Origin: Lingula anatina
Taxonomy: Eukaryota; Animalia; Brachiopoda
Assembly (NCBI GenBank): GCA_051362555.1
Contig: CM120641.1
Span: 37,330,401 to 37,394,400 of the forward strand
Reading direction: 5' to 3'
Length of the DNA stretch: 64,000 nucleotides
Of this stretch, positions 26,855 to 51,750 are shown one piece after another. The translations under genes were made by a program, and so were the position numbers. Under the pieces are notes generated by a model that worked only from the letters and a program-made list of their open reading frames with translations, ran no database searches and had not been told where the DNA came from. Each line of letters opens with the position of its first letter. The first letter of the stretch is position 1.

Positions 26855-29800
26855 TTTTATTATTTATTTATTTATTAAATATAATTTCTTTCATTTTGTG
26901 TGTTGAATTGAGTGATAGAGGGATTTTTGTGTTAAATGAATATTCCTTGCCTCATATTTACGTAGAATGCTCAAGCAAAGAAAGAAGTGGAAAGACTGGA
27001 AATAATCCTCAATGCTATGAAAGAACAGGTAAGCAGGTTCTGATGTTCTTAACTAAATTATTAATATCAAAATATTCACCTTTACAGAGAAAGGACAAAT
27101 TTGGAATCTTTTACTTTCATTGAAGACTGTATGAGATCTTATTTTAGTTGGGATTTTAATGTCATTTGTCACCAATTTAGTTTTTTTTTTATGTGAATGT
27201 TAACTTTTTTGTCTTTGAAGGATGAAGAAGATGATGATGTTCTTGTGTCTGATAGAGGTGATAGGGGTGATGGGGAGGAAAGAACACCACCAGAAGGAAA
27301 AGAGGCTGACCCAGATAATATATCACTTAATGTTACCACATCATCTGGAAATGTCAGTAAAATACCCTTGCAAATAAAAACATCATTGCCTGGGGCACTA
27401 CAAAATGGATCCAGAAATAATGATAACACAGACTCAGGTTTGGAACTTTTTTTTTCTAATATCTGCTTAGCTTTGTCCAAGTCAAATTGCCAATATTTGA
27501 AAGATATGTAATGTCTTAAATCCAGTTTTACAAACTACAGAACCAATGATGGCCTTTCTTTGATGAAGAAAAAAAGATGGGTTCAGAAACATATATTTAT
27601 CAACAATGTATGAATCAAATCTCTTCACCCAAAACAACCTTTTTGCAATTGTATACCTTCAGACTCAACATCTTCATCACAGTCTTCAGTCAAGTCAGAC
27701 AATACTGCCAAACAGCTACATTGTGTGCCATGCAGCATGGAGTTTAAGAACAATGAAGACTTGGATGTTCACCTAAGCAGTGAGGTCCATAGGCAATCTG
27801 TCAGTCTGGAGGAAGATAAAAATTGGAAATTTCGACCTCCTCCTAGAGGTCTGACCAGTGAAGAATACACCATCTGCCCTAGGTAATTGTTCTGAATTAT
27901 TCTGCAAAAGCATTTTCCTCATATCAGAAATATTTTGAATATTCATTTTGCAACTGCATTATTACCAGTCATGATTTGATTGAAAACAGATAGGAACATG
28001 ATGTTTTCATCAGATATTTATGAAGATATTTACAGGTAAAAAATATGACCTACTGTATTCTTTGTAAGTATAATGATATACAACATCATTATAAAGGTAG
28101 ATTTATTTTCATAAATGTGATATTGTAGCCTAGCCTGAACAGTGCATTTTTCTCACATTTTAAGGCAACAGACATCGGGCACATGCAAGTATGGCACTCG
28201 TTGCACACATGCTCATTCTGATGCAGAGCTGGTTGAGTGGAAACAAAGATTTGACTACAGAAGGCATAACAGTACATCTTCTGGAGATCAAGTAGCTGTA
28301 AAGAGATCATATGCAGAGCTGTTAATGGAGAAGTGGATAAGGGCAGAGAATAAAGATGCCGTAGTAAGTGAAATCTATTTGTTTAAGTAGCTTTTAACAT
28401 ATTTTATAATCACTTCCTTTGATGCAGACCCCTTCTTGTATTAAATATTGAGTTTAAGATGTTAATCAAGCTTTCTTTATTGATAAATAATTTAAAGCAA
28501 ATTTTCATGGGTAGGTTTGTAGATATAAACTATTCTGTATGATTAATGTATATATAGGATAGGAAGAATATAATCTTGGCTTAATAATCAAATGTTTTTA
28601 TTCAATCTATTTAGATGAAGGAGGCAATTGAGAATGTGAAGGTCCATGTGAACTCTGACCTGACTGTAACCATGTCAACCAAGAGATGTACAAATGCCTG
28701 GACATTTACACTTACGAGTAGAGTTAGTATTCAATATAAATGTTCCATTTATCGTGTAAAAATGTAGAAACTACCACGAAATGCATCTGGTCCCTGTTGG
28801 TAACAGATTCTGCATTGTTGATCATATTTTGACATTTTTATGGTGTGTAAAAACTGCTAAAAGTTAGATCTTTATGTATATTGATATTGAATAGATGTGC
28901 TGTTTTACAGACTTAATTAGCTTACTGTAATCACCAGCACTTTGTCTTCTGTATCTGTCTTACTTGGTCCCTTTTTATTTCAGGATTGCTTACATAGGAT
29001 TATTCTATTAGATGATGCCTCCAGGGCCCACTATAGTATAGGCAGTGTTACTGTAGGACCAAAGAAAAGTCAGAAGATACAGAAAGTAGAAGACAATTGT
29101 GTGGAATGGACAAATCCCAGTATAAAACTGAAGGGAAATAATGAGAATGTGTACAGAATTAAGGTAGGTAATATTATCATCTAAATATATTAGAATGTTT
29201 GGAAGATTTTTAGAAACAGATATTTTGTGTCTGTATATATTTTGATTGCTGTCTGTATTGCTTTTGTTGTCTGATGCATCTGTTGTTCATCTTATAACTG
29301 TCCAACAGTCTTTTGGTTTACTTTAGACTTACTGTGAGACTTTTTGTTTTTATTTTTTTTTGATAAAAATTAAGGTGCCCTTAAAAATGAGCATGATCCA
29401 ATAGTTTTATGAACATCTTCAGTCTGTAAACTGAGAAATGGTTACAGAAAAGTAAATCATTTCTTGCAATATCATCATGTGTATCATCAATTTAACAAGT
29501 TAATATTTTCATTCCAGATTGTATTTAAAGCTGAGATATTTGGAACATTCCGCCAGTCTGTAGTGTTTGACTTTGGTAGTGAGCCAGTTCTCTACCAGCA
29601 GCTCTGTGTGGATGCCACTCCTGTCAGCGACATTGAGAAGCTGCAGCAAGATCTCATCATCTCTGAGAAAGGACGGTGGGATCTGGCAAAACTTGAGATC
29701 ATACAATACAAACCTAGGTGTGCAATTTGTATCGCCTAGATGTTTGTTTTACTTGATTTTTTTTTCATATTTTTTTTTTTTAATTTTAAATTTTTATTCT

Positions 29801-30389
29801 ACAATAAAGGTCAAAAGGTATCTAGAATGGCTTTCCAGAACTAAGGTAAAAGAGTGTGGTCTATGTAAGAGCTATTGCTATGTTGGAACAATTTGAATAC
29901 CCCAGAAACTTGCACTTTTTGAGTAGATGGATATCCATGGTGATTTTTCCAGTTATCTGTTATAAGCCATGTATATTGGATTTAAATATTAATTTTACTT
30001 ATACAGTCCCTTCCCTATACTGGATGGTGATCGACAGCTTCTCGAAAATTACCAGCCTCCAGTGGCAGAAGAGCTCAGGAAGTCTCCATCCATTGCTGAA
30101 CTTAATCTTTCTGCAGAGAACTACAGACAAAGGATGCATGACTTGCTTTATATTGAAGAAATGGCTCAGTATGCAAGCATTGCAAGGTAAATAAAAAGCT
30201 ACAACAATGGTGTTCCATTAAAATTATATAACACTAATTTTTGTAAAGTATTGCAAATGCCCAAACTCTGGCACTTATTTATTTTGAATAGGTATAAGGC
30301 AATTTTTTCATCGGTTTGTTTTTGTGAAATATTCTAGTTAAATGGATGACAAGTATATATTGACGTTAAAATAGTTATGGGCATCAGTC

Positions 30390-30427
<38 letters not shown>

Positions 30428-31206
30428 ATCTCTTTGTTGAAGAATTTTGAAATGTATGTATTGTCTAAAATGTTTCAACTGTAATTTCTTCCAGATATAA
30501 TGTGAAGACAGCTCTTCAGATAGTGGACAAATTCATCCTTTTACCAGCAAACAATGCTACAGCAAAGTATGCTGTGAATGGGGAGCTGTTTGCTAGAATG
30601 AAGCTGAATACAGAGATTTCTGAGGACACCTCGCATGGACGGTTGATTTTACAGACTGTTAACACAGTACTTCTTGCTCCTTTTGACCCGAAGAAGAAAA
30701 ACAAGGAACCAGACACGGTATTTCATCTTCATAAACAGTTTGATTTTTACCTTTACAATTATTTTAACATGGCATCCAAATGTATGCAATTGCATTTGTT
30801 GCTAAAGTAAATGGTTTTTATGTTTGAATAAAACTGTGATGTACTGTATTATTATTTGACCTTTTTCAGGTATGGCATAAATTTTTGTCAAAATTTGTCA
30901 GAGTAAAAGTCAATGTACCTGTTTATTAGTATGTCAATTATAGATAGACATGAACTATTACCACATAACTTCACTTGTAGGATTTCAAGCTGCATGAGCA
31001 TGTTAAACATAAAAAGTTCAATACTGTTTGTTCCACTGGTAGCCTTCATGTTCATTGTTTTACCAGGTATATGAAGCAATGGTAGAGGAGAAGGGGAAGG
31101 ATTTCATCATGGTCAGAATTTCAAAGGAATGTGTGCAGGAGTTAGGACTCAAACCAGACAAAGAACTAAATGCCGAGGTATTTGTTAGTGCATATTTTAT
31201 TGAGTC

Positions 31207-31256
<50 letters not shown>

Positions 31257-34200
31257 CTCCTAAATGGGTTTTGTAAATCAGTATGTTCTGAAAAAGAAAC
31301 TTAATTCCTTTAAAAAGGATGTGAAATATTAGAAATATTTTGTAAGAAGTATAAGTTAACTTTACAAAGTTAAAAAGATAGCAATTATTTAAGTTATGAA
31401 CAGAATTAGTAACAAGATATATATATATATATGTTAATTTTATCTTCAGGTCCAGTTCCAGCTGAACAGACTCCCAGTGTGTGAGATGCACCATGCAATA
31501 GACAAGCTACAGGACGTTAGACTAGTGTTTCCAGATTTAGATCATTCTATTTCCATTCCTTGGACACCGAGGAGGTATGCAGATATACATACATTACTTT
31601 TATTTTCACTATATGTATATGGTGTGGGTATTATTTTGTGCTTTTTACAAAAAAAAAAAGATTCTGCATTAAAAAAATCTGACATATACAGATATTGTTA
31701 ATATACTCCTTCATGGTACATACAGGTTATTGCGTGTGTGGCTCTTGCAAATTACTATAAAATATTCTTTACATACAAAGTCAGACCTGAAAAACATTCG
31801 GTATTATATTGCTTTTATGTGAAATTCAAGTCAGTGTTCCTGTTAGGCTAACCATTGATTGTTTTCATGCTTTTATTGTTTTGGATGTCATCTAAAAAAA
31901 GAATTAAGCATACAAATTGTTATGTGTATGATATGTGCTCACTTTGAGTATTCATTTCTATTTGTTGGCAGCATGGGAAGGAACTTGGATGGGTAATTAT
32001 TTCTAGTAGTAATAAACAGCTTGACTGGTAGTTTTGTCTTGTGAGCTTTGCTTTACCATATCTATATTGCAGTGCACTTCACTATTTGCAGTATATCTGA
32101 TTCACTAGTGTAAGATTTTTTCTTTAATTTTATTCTTGTCTTGAAATTTTCTATGATCTGTCATGTCTCAAAATACTTAAAGCCACAACTCTAAATTGGA
32201 TCCCCAGTTTATTTGTTTGTTTTTGTTGTTATATTGTCATGTGTTCTTGTCTTCTCAGCACTTCTCTGACACAAAGGCAAAAGCTATACACATGTACTAT
32301 ATATATTTATATACACAATTTAATTAAGTACCATTAGTTGATTATGGTATGCTTTTATTTTGAATGACATTATTTTACAATCATAGCCGCCAGGCATTTA
32401 GTGGTCATTTAGTGGTCAACTAATAGTACTTATTATCAGCATAAAGGGTGAACTAATGGTACTTTTCTATGCAGGTTTATTCATTTAATTTATAAATTGA
32501 AATAAGAAAATAAAAATAGAAAAAAGTCTGATGTAGCAACTAGTAATAATCTGAATGGAATGGTTTATTGGGCATAGATAATATCTCCCCAGTAAGTGAT
32601 TGTATAATGTATTTATTACATCACTGACTTTTTAACTTAAAGATGAAAGTATTATGAACATTTTACCAAGCTTTAGTTACATATACAGTACCCCCTGTGA
32701 GCCTCATTTGAATAACTGACAGTATGTGAAGCAGTGATAGGCAGAATGTTGCTTAGGTGGTGAACCTGGGTCTAAATGGGTGTAATTAGGTGCCTAACCA
32801 ATGTATGTCATGCACAGTCAGTAACTGAGATAGCACTAACATGGTTGGGGGGGGATTGTCCCATATTCAACACTTAACGACCAATCAGATAAGACAAATT
32901 TACTCACCGACGTGAGTAGGTATTTGAATAAGTGTTTCAATCAGCTAATAAGGTTAAATATTTTTATTTGATTAATTAATAAATACAGTATGATGATTAC
33001 ATAAAGCAAAGAATTTTTTCACTGTGTGCCTCCCTCTTTAGTAGAACCTGAGAAATTAGCCTGTTCCACTATGCACTGAGCTTTTTTTGGACTAAATGGT
33101 CCTGGATTTTAATATGCTTCAGTAAAGTTAACAGCAATTGATAATGCAAAGCATTATTACATGTTTAGTATGTTTTATTTATCAGATATTGGTATGACAT
33201 GATTGATAATTTAATTCTAATAGAGTATATTTTATCATTCTGTGTATGCATCATTTAAATAAAATTCCATCTGGTCCTCCATACTGTATTTAAGAAGTAT
33301 TGTTTCTTTTCTTGTGCTACATATACATTTCCGATCAAATTGTTAACTTCCAGACATTGATATATTTCCAGGCAGTGGAGTGATAAGCTAGATGCCAGAC
33401 TAAATACCAAACAAAAAGAGGCAATTGTTGCAATGACAACCTCCCTGGAGATAGAGCTGCCCCCTATTCTTTTGGTCGGTCCTTATGGGACAGGGAAGAC
33501 CTTCACATTGGCTCAGGCTGCTAAACAGATATTACAGCAAGAAGGCACCAGAATACTTATTTGTACACATTCAAATAGGTAGTGTATGGAAGAAACCAAG
33601 AAAATAGCAGATATTTTGGTTAACAAACAAGTTACACATGAAGCTATGATGGGATAATGTCATTGGGTTATTATTCCATAGATAATGTTGTAGTTTTTTT
33701 TGCTTATTGAATTGATATAAAGGCTGCAATCAGACAAATCTCACCTTGGTCAAAGTATATGTTATTGGCTCTCTGGTATGGCTGCCATACTTGTTAATAT
33801 TACAAAATAATGAAGAAATGCACGAAGGAGTTTCTACTTAATTATTTAATCTGTAAATCTCTTTTTATTCCTTGTTTCAGTGCTGCAGACCTGTACATAA
33901 AAGACTACTTCCATCCATATGTAGAGGACAATCACTTAGAGGCCAAACCACTTAGAATCTACTACAGAAACCGCTGGATACAGACAGTGAACGAGACTGT
34001 GCAGAAGTACTGTTTGATAGATCCATCTTTTAATTTCCGCATGCCTACCAAGGAGGACATTGAGGGGCACCGAGTGATTGTAGCAACTCTCAGCACATCA
34101 AAGTACCTGTATGATATTGGATTAGAGCCTGGTAAATGTCTTTACTACTTATAACCAGGGTTTCTGATGAGTTAACAAGACTACTATTTATTGGCTAAAA

Positions 34201-35137
34201 CTAAGGAAAAGTAGAATGGGGATTTGACTTAAATGGCATAAAATTTGCTGCCCTTTTCAGAAATTATTAATACAGATATACTCTTCAATCATTGAAAGAT
34301 ATCCTGTGCAGTTGCACAAAATTGACTTTTAGTAAAAATTGAGGTACCAATATTTGACAAATATTGTTTTTTTTTCCCATTAATTTCCAGATTGTTTTAC
34401 CCACATATTGCTGGATGAGGCAGCCCAGGCGTTGGAGTGTGAAACAATCATGCCACTGGCTGTGGCCAGCAAGAAGACCAGAATTGTGCTGGCTGGAGAT
34501 CATATGCAGGTATAGGGTCTTAACAGCTGAGGGATTCATTTAAAAGATAACTTGCCCCAAAATAGTCATTTTTTAGATAAAATGTAAATTCCTATAAAGA
34601 ATGTTATTACATATGACCTTTTTTGTTCCTACAAGTTATTTTCTGCCATAATGATGTATATAATTGATTTAAAATGAGCAAAATGAAAGAATATATATTA
34701 TTTTTTAACAGTCAGTATAATCCCTTATTTTTCCCTTATTTTTGTTAAATCCATAGTTTGCAAATAAAAGAATGTACTTGTCTTTAAATAAAATACCAGT
34801 CCTTAACTACCTCCATGTTTCTGTGTGCAGATGAGTCCAGAGGTTCATTCTGACTTCACAAGGGGCAGGAATTTACACATTTCCCTGTTAGAAAGGCTGT
34901 ATGACTTATACCCTGGAGAACAGCCCTGCAAAATCCTTCTTTGTGAAAACTACAGGTCTCACAAAGCCATACTGGATTACACATCAGAACTGTTCTATGA
35001 TAACAAACTTGTAGCTGGAAGTAAGCAGCCAAGGCATGAAGTGTTTTATCCCCTGTCCTTCTTTACTGCCAAAGGAGAAGATGTCCAACACCAGAATAGC
35101 ACTGCATTTTATAATAATGCTGAGGTAAGATTTTTTT

Positions 35138-35193
<56 letters not shown>

Positions 35194-38100
35194 TCTAAGC
35201 TTGCAGTTTGTTATAAAATTTCTTGTAAGATGAAAAAATTATTTACATCATCTCAGCTTAAATGTAAACGCTCTTCATGACTGATAGCCAGTTGCTGGAA
35301 TTTCTTTGTAATATCACAAGTTTCAAACCATTGTGCACAATAGATGATGTATCAGTTGGATATGTCTTTGCATACAGCTGTGACAGTCTTGAACTGAAAA
35401 CTTATTTCATTAACTTGAATCATAATTTAAAATCTAGGATTCCTATTTGACTACCCATTTCACCCACCAGCTCCACTCTCATTTCAGGTGTATGAGATAG
35501 TGGAAAGAATCTCTGAACTGAAGAAAATGTGGCCCAAGTCCTGGGGTTCACAAGATGATGGTGCCATAGGAGTAGTGTCTCCATATGCAGACCAGGTCAG
35601 TCACTGATTAAATGAAAAAATACTTCCTTTAATTGTTTTATCCTCTGATAACCTCCAAGAATACTAGTTTCAACTCATTTTAATGAAAACGGGGGTAAAG
35701 TAGTTGTGGATTAAATAGGACAGTCTCTTTTTGATATCATACCATGGGATTGTGCAACATCTGGGAATTTTGGACATCTTATATTTCATTATCTATTTTA
35801 ATTTTCAGGTAGTTAGAATAAGGTCAGAACTTCGCAAAAGGAAGATGGGTGGAGTTTCAGTAGAGAGAGTCTTCAATGTTCAAGGTAAAATGTTGAAAAA
35901 GTATCAAGTAGTTATTTTGTGCAACTGTGTTACAGATATGAAATAAACACCAGCAGTATGTTTTGTGGTAGTTTTTGATCACCAGTCTAATGTCACCTAG
36001 AAATTAAATAATTTTTTTCTCAAAATGTTGCTTATTTAAAAAAAATGTTGTTACAGATTGCCAGTGAACAGCAGGCTTGTAACTTCAAAATGTGCTCATA
36101 GCAAAATTTTAACAGTACTATCCAGCAATTTAAGAGCAGATTTCTAAATTTTGCCACCTGATCTAGTGACACCATATAATGTAAAATCGCAATTTCATAT
36201 TTCAGGAAAACAGTTCCGTGCCATATTTTTGAGCACTGTCCGTACACGTAACACCTGTAGTACTGATACCACAATGGAGGATTTTATGGACTTTGGGTTC
36301 TTGTCTAATGCTAAACTTCTCACCACTGCCATCACTAGGGCCCAGTCACTGGTAGCTGTGGTGGGAGACCCTGTGTCACTGTGTTCTATTGGGAAGTGCA
36401 GGTATGATTACTGGTACCTTAATATAGTGATAGTAGAAAACCCCATCTATTAATTTTTTTTTTTTTTTTTTGTTAAGGGGGGGGGGGGGTGTAATTCATC
36501 AAGCATGTGTAATTGTGTATTAAATATTATCATGATTATGGTCCTTCTTAATTATGACTATTGAGTGTCATGAAAATTTTAATCACCAAGGGTGTCACCA
36601 TTGTTTTTATTTGTATGAAAATATTGAGAAAAAAAGAATAATAAGCATGATGGTACTTTGAATCTTCAGAGATTTACATTGCATTGAATTAAACTAAAAA
36701 TCAAATTAATCTTTAGGTAATGAAAATGTTCAATTTTTTTAATTATTAAAAAATTTTGGTAACTTTCAGAAAAATCTGGGAACGCTTCATTGAAGTGTGC
36801 AACCAACACAACAGCCTGTATGGAATGACATGGTCCCAGCTACGATTGCAACTGGATGGAGTAGAACTGAAGAAGACCTACGTCTTGAATCCTCTGGCTC
36901 CAGAGTTTGTTCCAAACAGACTACGTCATGGGGACCCATTGTCTGTACCCGAGGGAGTGAAAGGACCATACGGGCATCATTTTACTGGGAATGCTCTGTA
37001 CAAATATAAACAACAGCAACAGCAGATGGCAGCTGCACTGACACAACCAGTAAGTGTATTGAAGTTGTAAATAACTGTTTTTAAATGACAACTTTGGCAA
37101 GGTGACAATTTGATTTAAAGAAATTTCTCATGATATTGTAAGGACATTGTCAGAGTATTTAGTAAGGTTGAGATGGCTGCTGGTAAATTGTTTATGTTTG
37201 GCATGATGGGTGGCAGTTGATAAACTGGTGTATTTTACTTTACACTTTGAAGCCACATTGTGGTCATTGTTTAAGATAAGAAAATAAAAGAAGTAGTGAA
37301 AATGTACATATTGACATAGAGCTTTTAAATTTTCATTGCATTTTTTTCAACTTACAGTACTTGTTCTCCATGCCTCCTACACTTCTGTCACACCCATACT
37401 ACATGGTGCCCCCGTACATGACTGCTCACAACAGAGCCAGGGGGACTCATCATCTGGTGGCTGAGGGAGGTAGAGGAACCTCTCCAGGCTCCTCCCCTGT
37501 CAGGTCGCCCCCGCGTTCCGAGTCTCAGGACAAGAAAGGCATGGGGTCTCCAAGGTCTGGAACGCCCACACCCAAACCAGATGACAAGAGCTCCAAGAGT
37601 GCATCACCTGTCCCTCTGGGGCTTGGTGTCAATACTGCCTTGCCAGCTCAGTCATTTCCACTTCAGTTTATGCGCCCAGGAATGGTCCAAGTTGACTACA
37701 GAGCTTTAATGAATATGTACAGAATGCAGGGGCCCATGTCACCAGGACAGGGGTTTATTCACCCACAGACAATTCCTGTTGTGCCTCCCAGGGTGGCGTA
37801 CCCCTTTGGTGCCATGCCTCCCCATTTGAGGCCCCATGGATCACCTCCAGGGATGATGCAGATACCAACAACTGGTGCTGCACAGTCACCACCTTCATCA
37901 TCTCCGCTGGCACAGAGAACTGATGCTTCGCAGCCACCTGGTGTCAATATGTCTCCAGGACGAGCCAGCCCCATGGCTGGTTCTCCAAGAAGTGCACCCC
38001 AGTTCACTCTGTTACCAAATGTAAAACATGTGCCCCCTCATCTTCTGGAGCAGACACAGCAAGAGGATATGATCAAAGGTGTGATTCATTGTAAATCACT

Positions 38101-39276
38101 GGAATTGTTTTATTTTAAAATGATAATAGTCAAGTTTATTTTTACTGTCAAAAAAGGGTAAAAAATTCTGTCGTGAATGAAATTTGTAGGTTCCTGTGAA
38201 ATTTCAACTAGCCCTCAGTAATGTATGAATGATTTAACTCTGCTTCTTGGACACTGTAAACCTTACAAAAGATTAAGTTAATTCTGTGCTAACCATAAGC
38301 TGTAAACACTTATTATGATTTTCCAGAACCTCCAGTTATGAGATACCCAAGGCCCCCTGACATGGAGCCCTACTTCAATGGCACTGGTGTGAATCACCAT
38401 ATTGATACTGCAAGGCAACACCAGACAACACTGCAGCAGCAAACTCCAGAGAAAAGTTACATGGCAGAGCAGTTCAGTCAACAGAGGGCTCTGTACAGAC
38501 AAATGGAACAGACAGAGTCCTCTGAACCAGTGTCATATGAAGAAGAAATGAAAAAGCCACCCTGGTTGAGGAGAAGGCAATATGCTTCTTTGGTTAAGAC
38601 GCCAGGTGGAGATCAGCAGGAGAATGGAGATGCCAGTCCCCAACCCAGCCCTGTAGCAACACCGGTTACAAGACAAGATAGTGCGTCCTCTGATATTCTT
38701 GCTACGTCTGAGATAGACAATGTGGTGAAGTTCATTACAGATGATGCTAGTACAGAAAGTGAATTGGGGAATATCCACATTGGACACACGGTCCCCAGAT
38801 TGAAGTTGAACACTTTTGCAGCAGCAGCTTCAGGGGCTGCAGCAGCGGTGGCACCACCTAAGATTGACAGGCAGTTGCCACTGTACATGAGAGGTAGTCC
38901 TCAGTTGGATGCTAGCTCTACTTCTACACCACCCCCTACAGCTGTGCCAGAGTCAGCCGAGGCCACTTCAGGTAGCACCACACCACAGCTGGGCCAGCTG
39001 ACCTACGCCAGCGTGTTAAGGCGCCAGACTAGCTCTCCTTCATCACCGCTCCCTCACAGGGTAGAGCCAAGAAACAACCTGCTGGATCCTCCTAACAATC
39101 TTCTCCCAAGTCCTGTGTCACCAACAACCCCTGCGACTTTCCAGGAGTCATGGAGGTTCCCTTCTGTTACTTCCCCGACATCAGCAGAACCCGAGAACAA
39201 TCCTTTGGAGTTGCTGAAAAATCTGAATATCAGAGCTTCTCCTGCCACACAGGCCATGTACAACTATTTTTCCTAA
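24071..39276 (+). CDS. HELZ: Helicase with zinc finger (UPF1-like SF1 RNA helicase)
   Basis: N-terminal TPR-like exons (24071-24238, 25280-25316, 26384-26508, 26966-27028), [10 protein letters not shown]...C3H1 finger (CPR|[17 protein letters not shown]), Walker A GPYGTGKT (~33478), DEAAQ (~34414), GDHMQ, AITRAQS, PAM2 motif [10 protein letters not shown] (~36885), a low-complexity tail and the HELZ-type C-terminus YNYFS*. Confidence 0.95.
26771..26876. repeat. Compound microsatellite (ATT)n-(ATTT)n
   Basis: Directly visible in a HELZ intron. Confidence 0.95.
31208..31253. repeat. (ATT)n microsatellite
   Basis: Directly visible. It explains the spurious poly-Ile ORFs on both strands. Confidence 0.95.
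35142..35192. repeat. (TG)n microsatellite
   Basis: Directly visible just after a HELZ splice donor. Confidence 0.95.
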
Positions 39277-41253
39277 AGGAGGACTGCTGCTGTGATTTTA
39301 GGTGAAATGTTTGACTTTAAAATTAGACATATAGACATTTGAAGGAATGTATCTTAGACTGATCAGAGTGAATTTAGTCTAGTTTTACATTAATTGCTGT
39401 GTGGAAAAAAGTTGGAGTAAGAGAAGTAAGACTTAATTTTTTTTTTACAAAATAAATTTCAGTCCAGCACTGTGTAAAATGTTTGAAAAAAAAACACAAA
39501 AAGCATAAAACAGACGTAAGTCAATAAAAACAAGTACAAAATACCAAAAATATGATAAAAATGAAGTTTTTAAAATTAGGCTAGTCACATATTCAAGTGC
39601 TTTGTAGCTTGTAACATTAAAAAAGAAAAAAACAATGTGTAAATAGTAGTCTATATATATGTACAATACAGAAGGTGAGTAAATGTCGGTCTTTAGTGCT
39701 TATAATACAAATTGTACAGAAATGCCCATTACATGTAAGCCATTAAAAAAAAAGTTATCAGTGTTTATTGGATGAATGACTGTTGTCAACTACTAAATAT
39801 TGCATGTAAACATTATTTTTCTAGTGCATGTGTGTATAGTGTCAAAATTTGGTCACTGATTAATATTGTACTTTGGGTCCAACCTATATTTATTTCTATA
39901 TAAATGTGTGTTAGTGTGCATGTATATACCTGGGACCATGTATGTATTCGCTTTTGTTAGCTTGATGTTCTGCAGGTAAGGACATTTGTTATGCTGCCAT
40001 TCTAATGGATATGTACTAGTCAGTAGTGTGACCTAGACATAAGCTTTGATATAACACATTAGAATAATTTCTATAGCGATTCGTTAGCACTGCCTTTGTT
40101 AGTTGAATATAACAACTTATTGAAGTCTCTTCAACGGAATACCTGATATTATAATGAAATTATTGGAGGAATCATTTTGTCATTTGGTGGAAATGTTCTG
40201 TTAAAATCATAATCTGTCATTATAGTTACTGAATTTCTTTGAATTATTAATTTAATAGTGCTTCTTTTGAAGTTCACGTTTTAAAGGCTTTGGTTTTATG
40301 TAGATTGTAACTTGAAAGAAAAATGCAGTAGCTAATCAGGAGTGAAATGATGGAAGTTTACAAGGTGAGAGTTTGATTAAGGATTTTATCTTGATTGAAT
40401 TTTTTTTGTGAAATTTTGAACAATTTATACAGTTAAATAATTCCCTTGAAAGGTTAAGTAAGTTTGGAGATGTCTGATGCTTTTGAAAAGCTACTGCACA
40501 AAAAAAATGCATACTGCGCTGATTTTTTTTCAAATTATGTAGTCATAACTAATAAGATTTGTGGCTAAGACTGATTGATAAATGTGAAGGAAACAATAAC
40601 AAATTACATGTGGTGTGAAAACCAGTCCAAGTTCTTTAATAGCAAAGGACTGGTTTTTTAACTCGAGCAGTTTCCTTTTGTCTAGAATGCAGCACGTTTA
40701 GGCAGTTGTTTAGTTGAGAGGTTGGGAGATGAGTGAAGGTGACAAAAGCATTACCCATGTCTCAAATACAGAAATAAAGAAAAGTATATTTTGCTGCAAA
40801 CTGAGTTTATTTTTAATTTATTTCCTTTTTTGATGCACTTCTGCAAAAGTTCCATTTTTTAAGTGCACAGTTTGTAAATTTCTTAATCCTGTTATGACAC
40901 TTTGTTTATAGATTTAGAATTGCTTTTACCATAACCATAAATAATTCCTGTACTTTCATGATTTTTCAAAGAAGCAATGCCTGATTATTGAAATGAGTGT
41001 TATTATCCACAGCTTTTCGATAAGTCTTTGTCTCTATCACATGTCAGTTGTAATTTAAATTTCATTAATTTTGTATATTCCAAAAATGAAAGCCCAAGAC
41101 ATACAAAAATATAAGGAGTTGGAAATAGAAACATGAAGTGGTTTGGTCATGTAGAAACCCTTTTGCATCTTTCTATCATTAACTTCAATCATAAAAAATG
41201 AAGAGTTCATAATATCTCAGCACTGAGCCACAGGTTATATCGGCACATTTATG

Positions 41254-51532
<10,279 letters not shown>

Positions 51533-51750
51533 TTTCTCCAACTTGATGACGTAGTTCACACTCGGAAGTGTGGCTGTACTTTGAGTTATATAACTTGAAA
51601 CTGAAACTCATGTCATGTCAGTATGTTATTATCACTACTGGATTGAAGACGAAGTCTTTGCCTTGAACTAAATCTTTAGACGTTGCTTTATGTAGAATGT
51701 GACTGCCTACAACTTTGATAATTAGCTGACAGACTGTTCCATGAGGCAAA
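51533..51750. promoter_or_regulatory. Compact bidirectional promoter between YARS2 (-) and LDAF1 (+)
   Basis: Only 218 bp separate the two ATGs. It has YY1-like GCCATTTT overlapping the YARS2 start, CRE-like TGACGTA (~51547) and ETS CGGAAGTG (~51563). Confidence 0.7.

Noticed and set aside
31055-31494. Poly-Ile and, at 35130-35190, poly-CV ORF segments
   Set aside because: Translations of microsatellites in introns.
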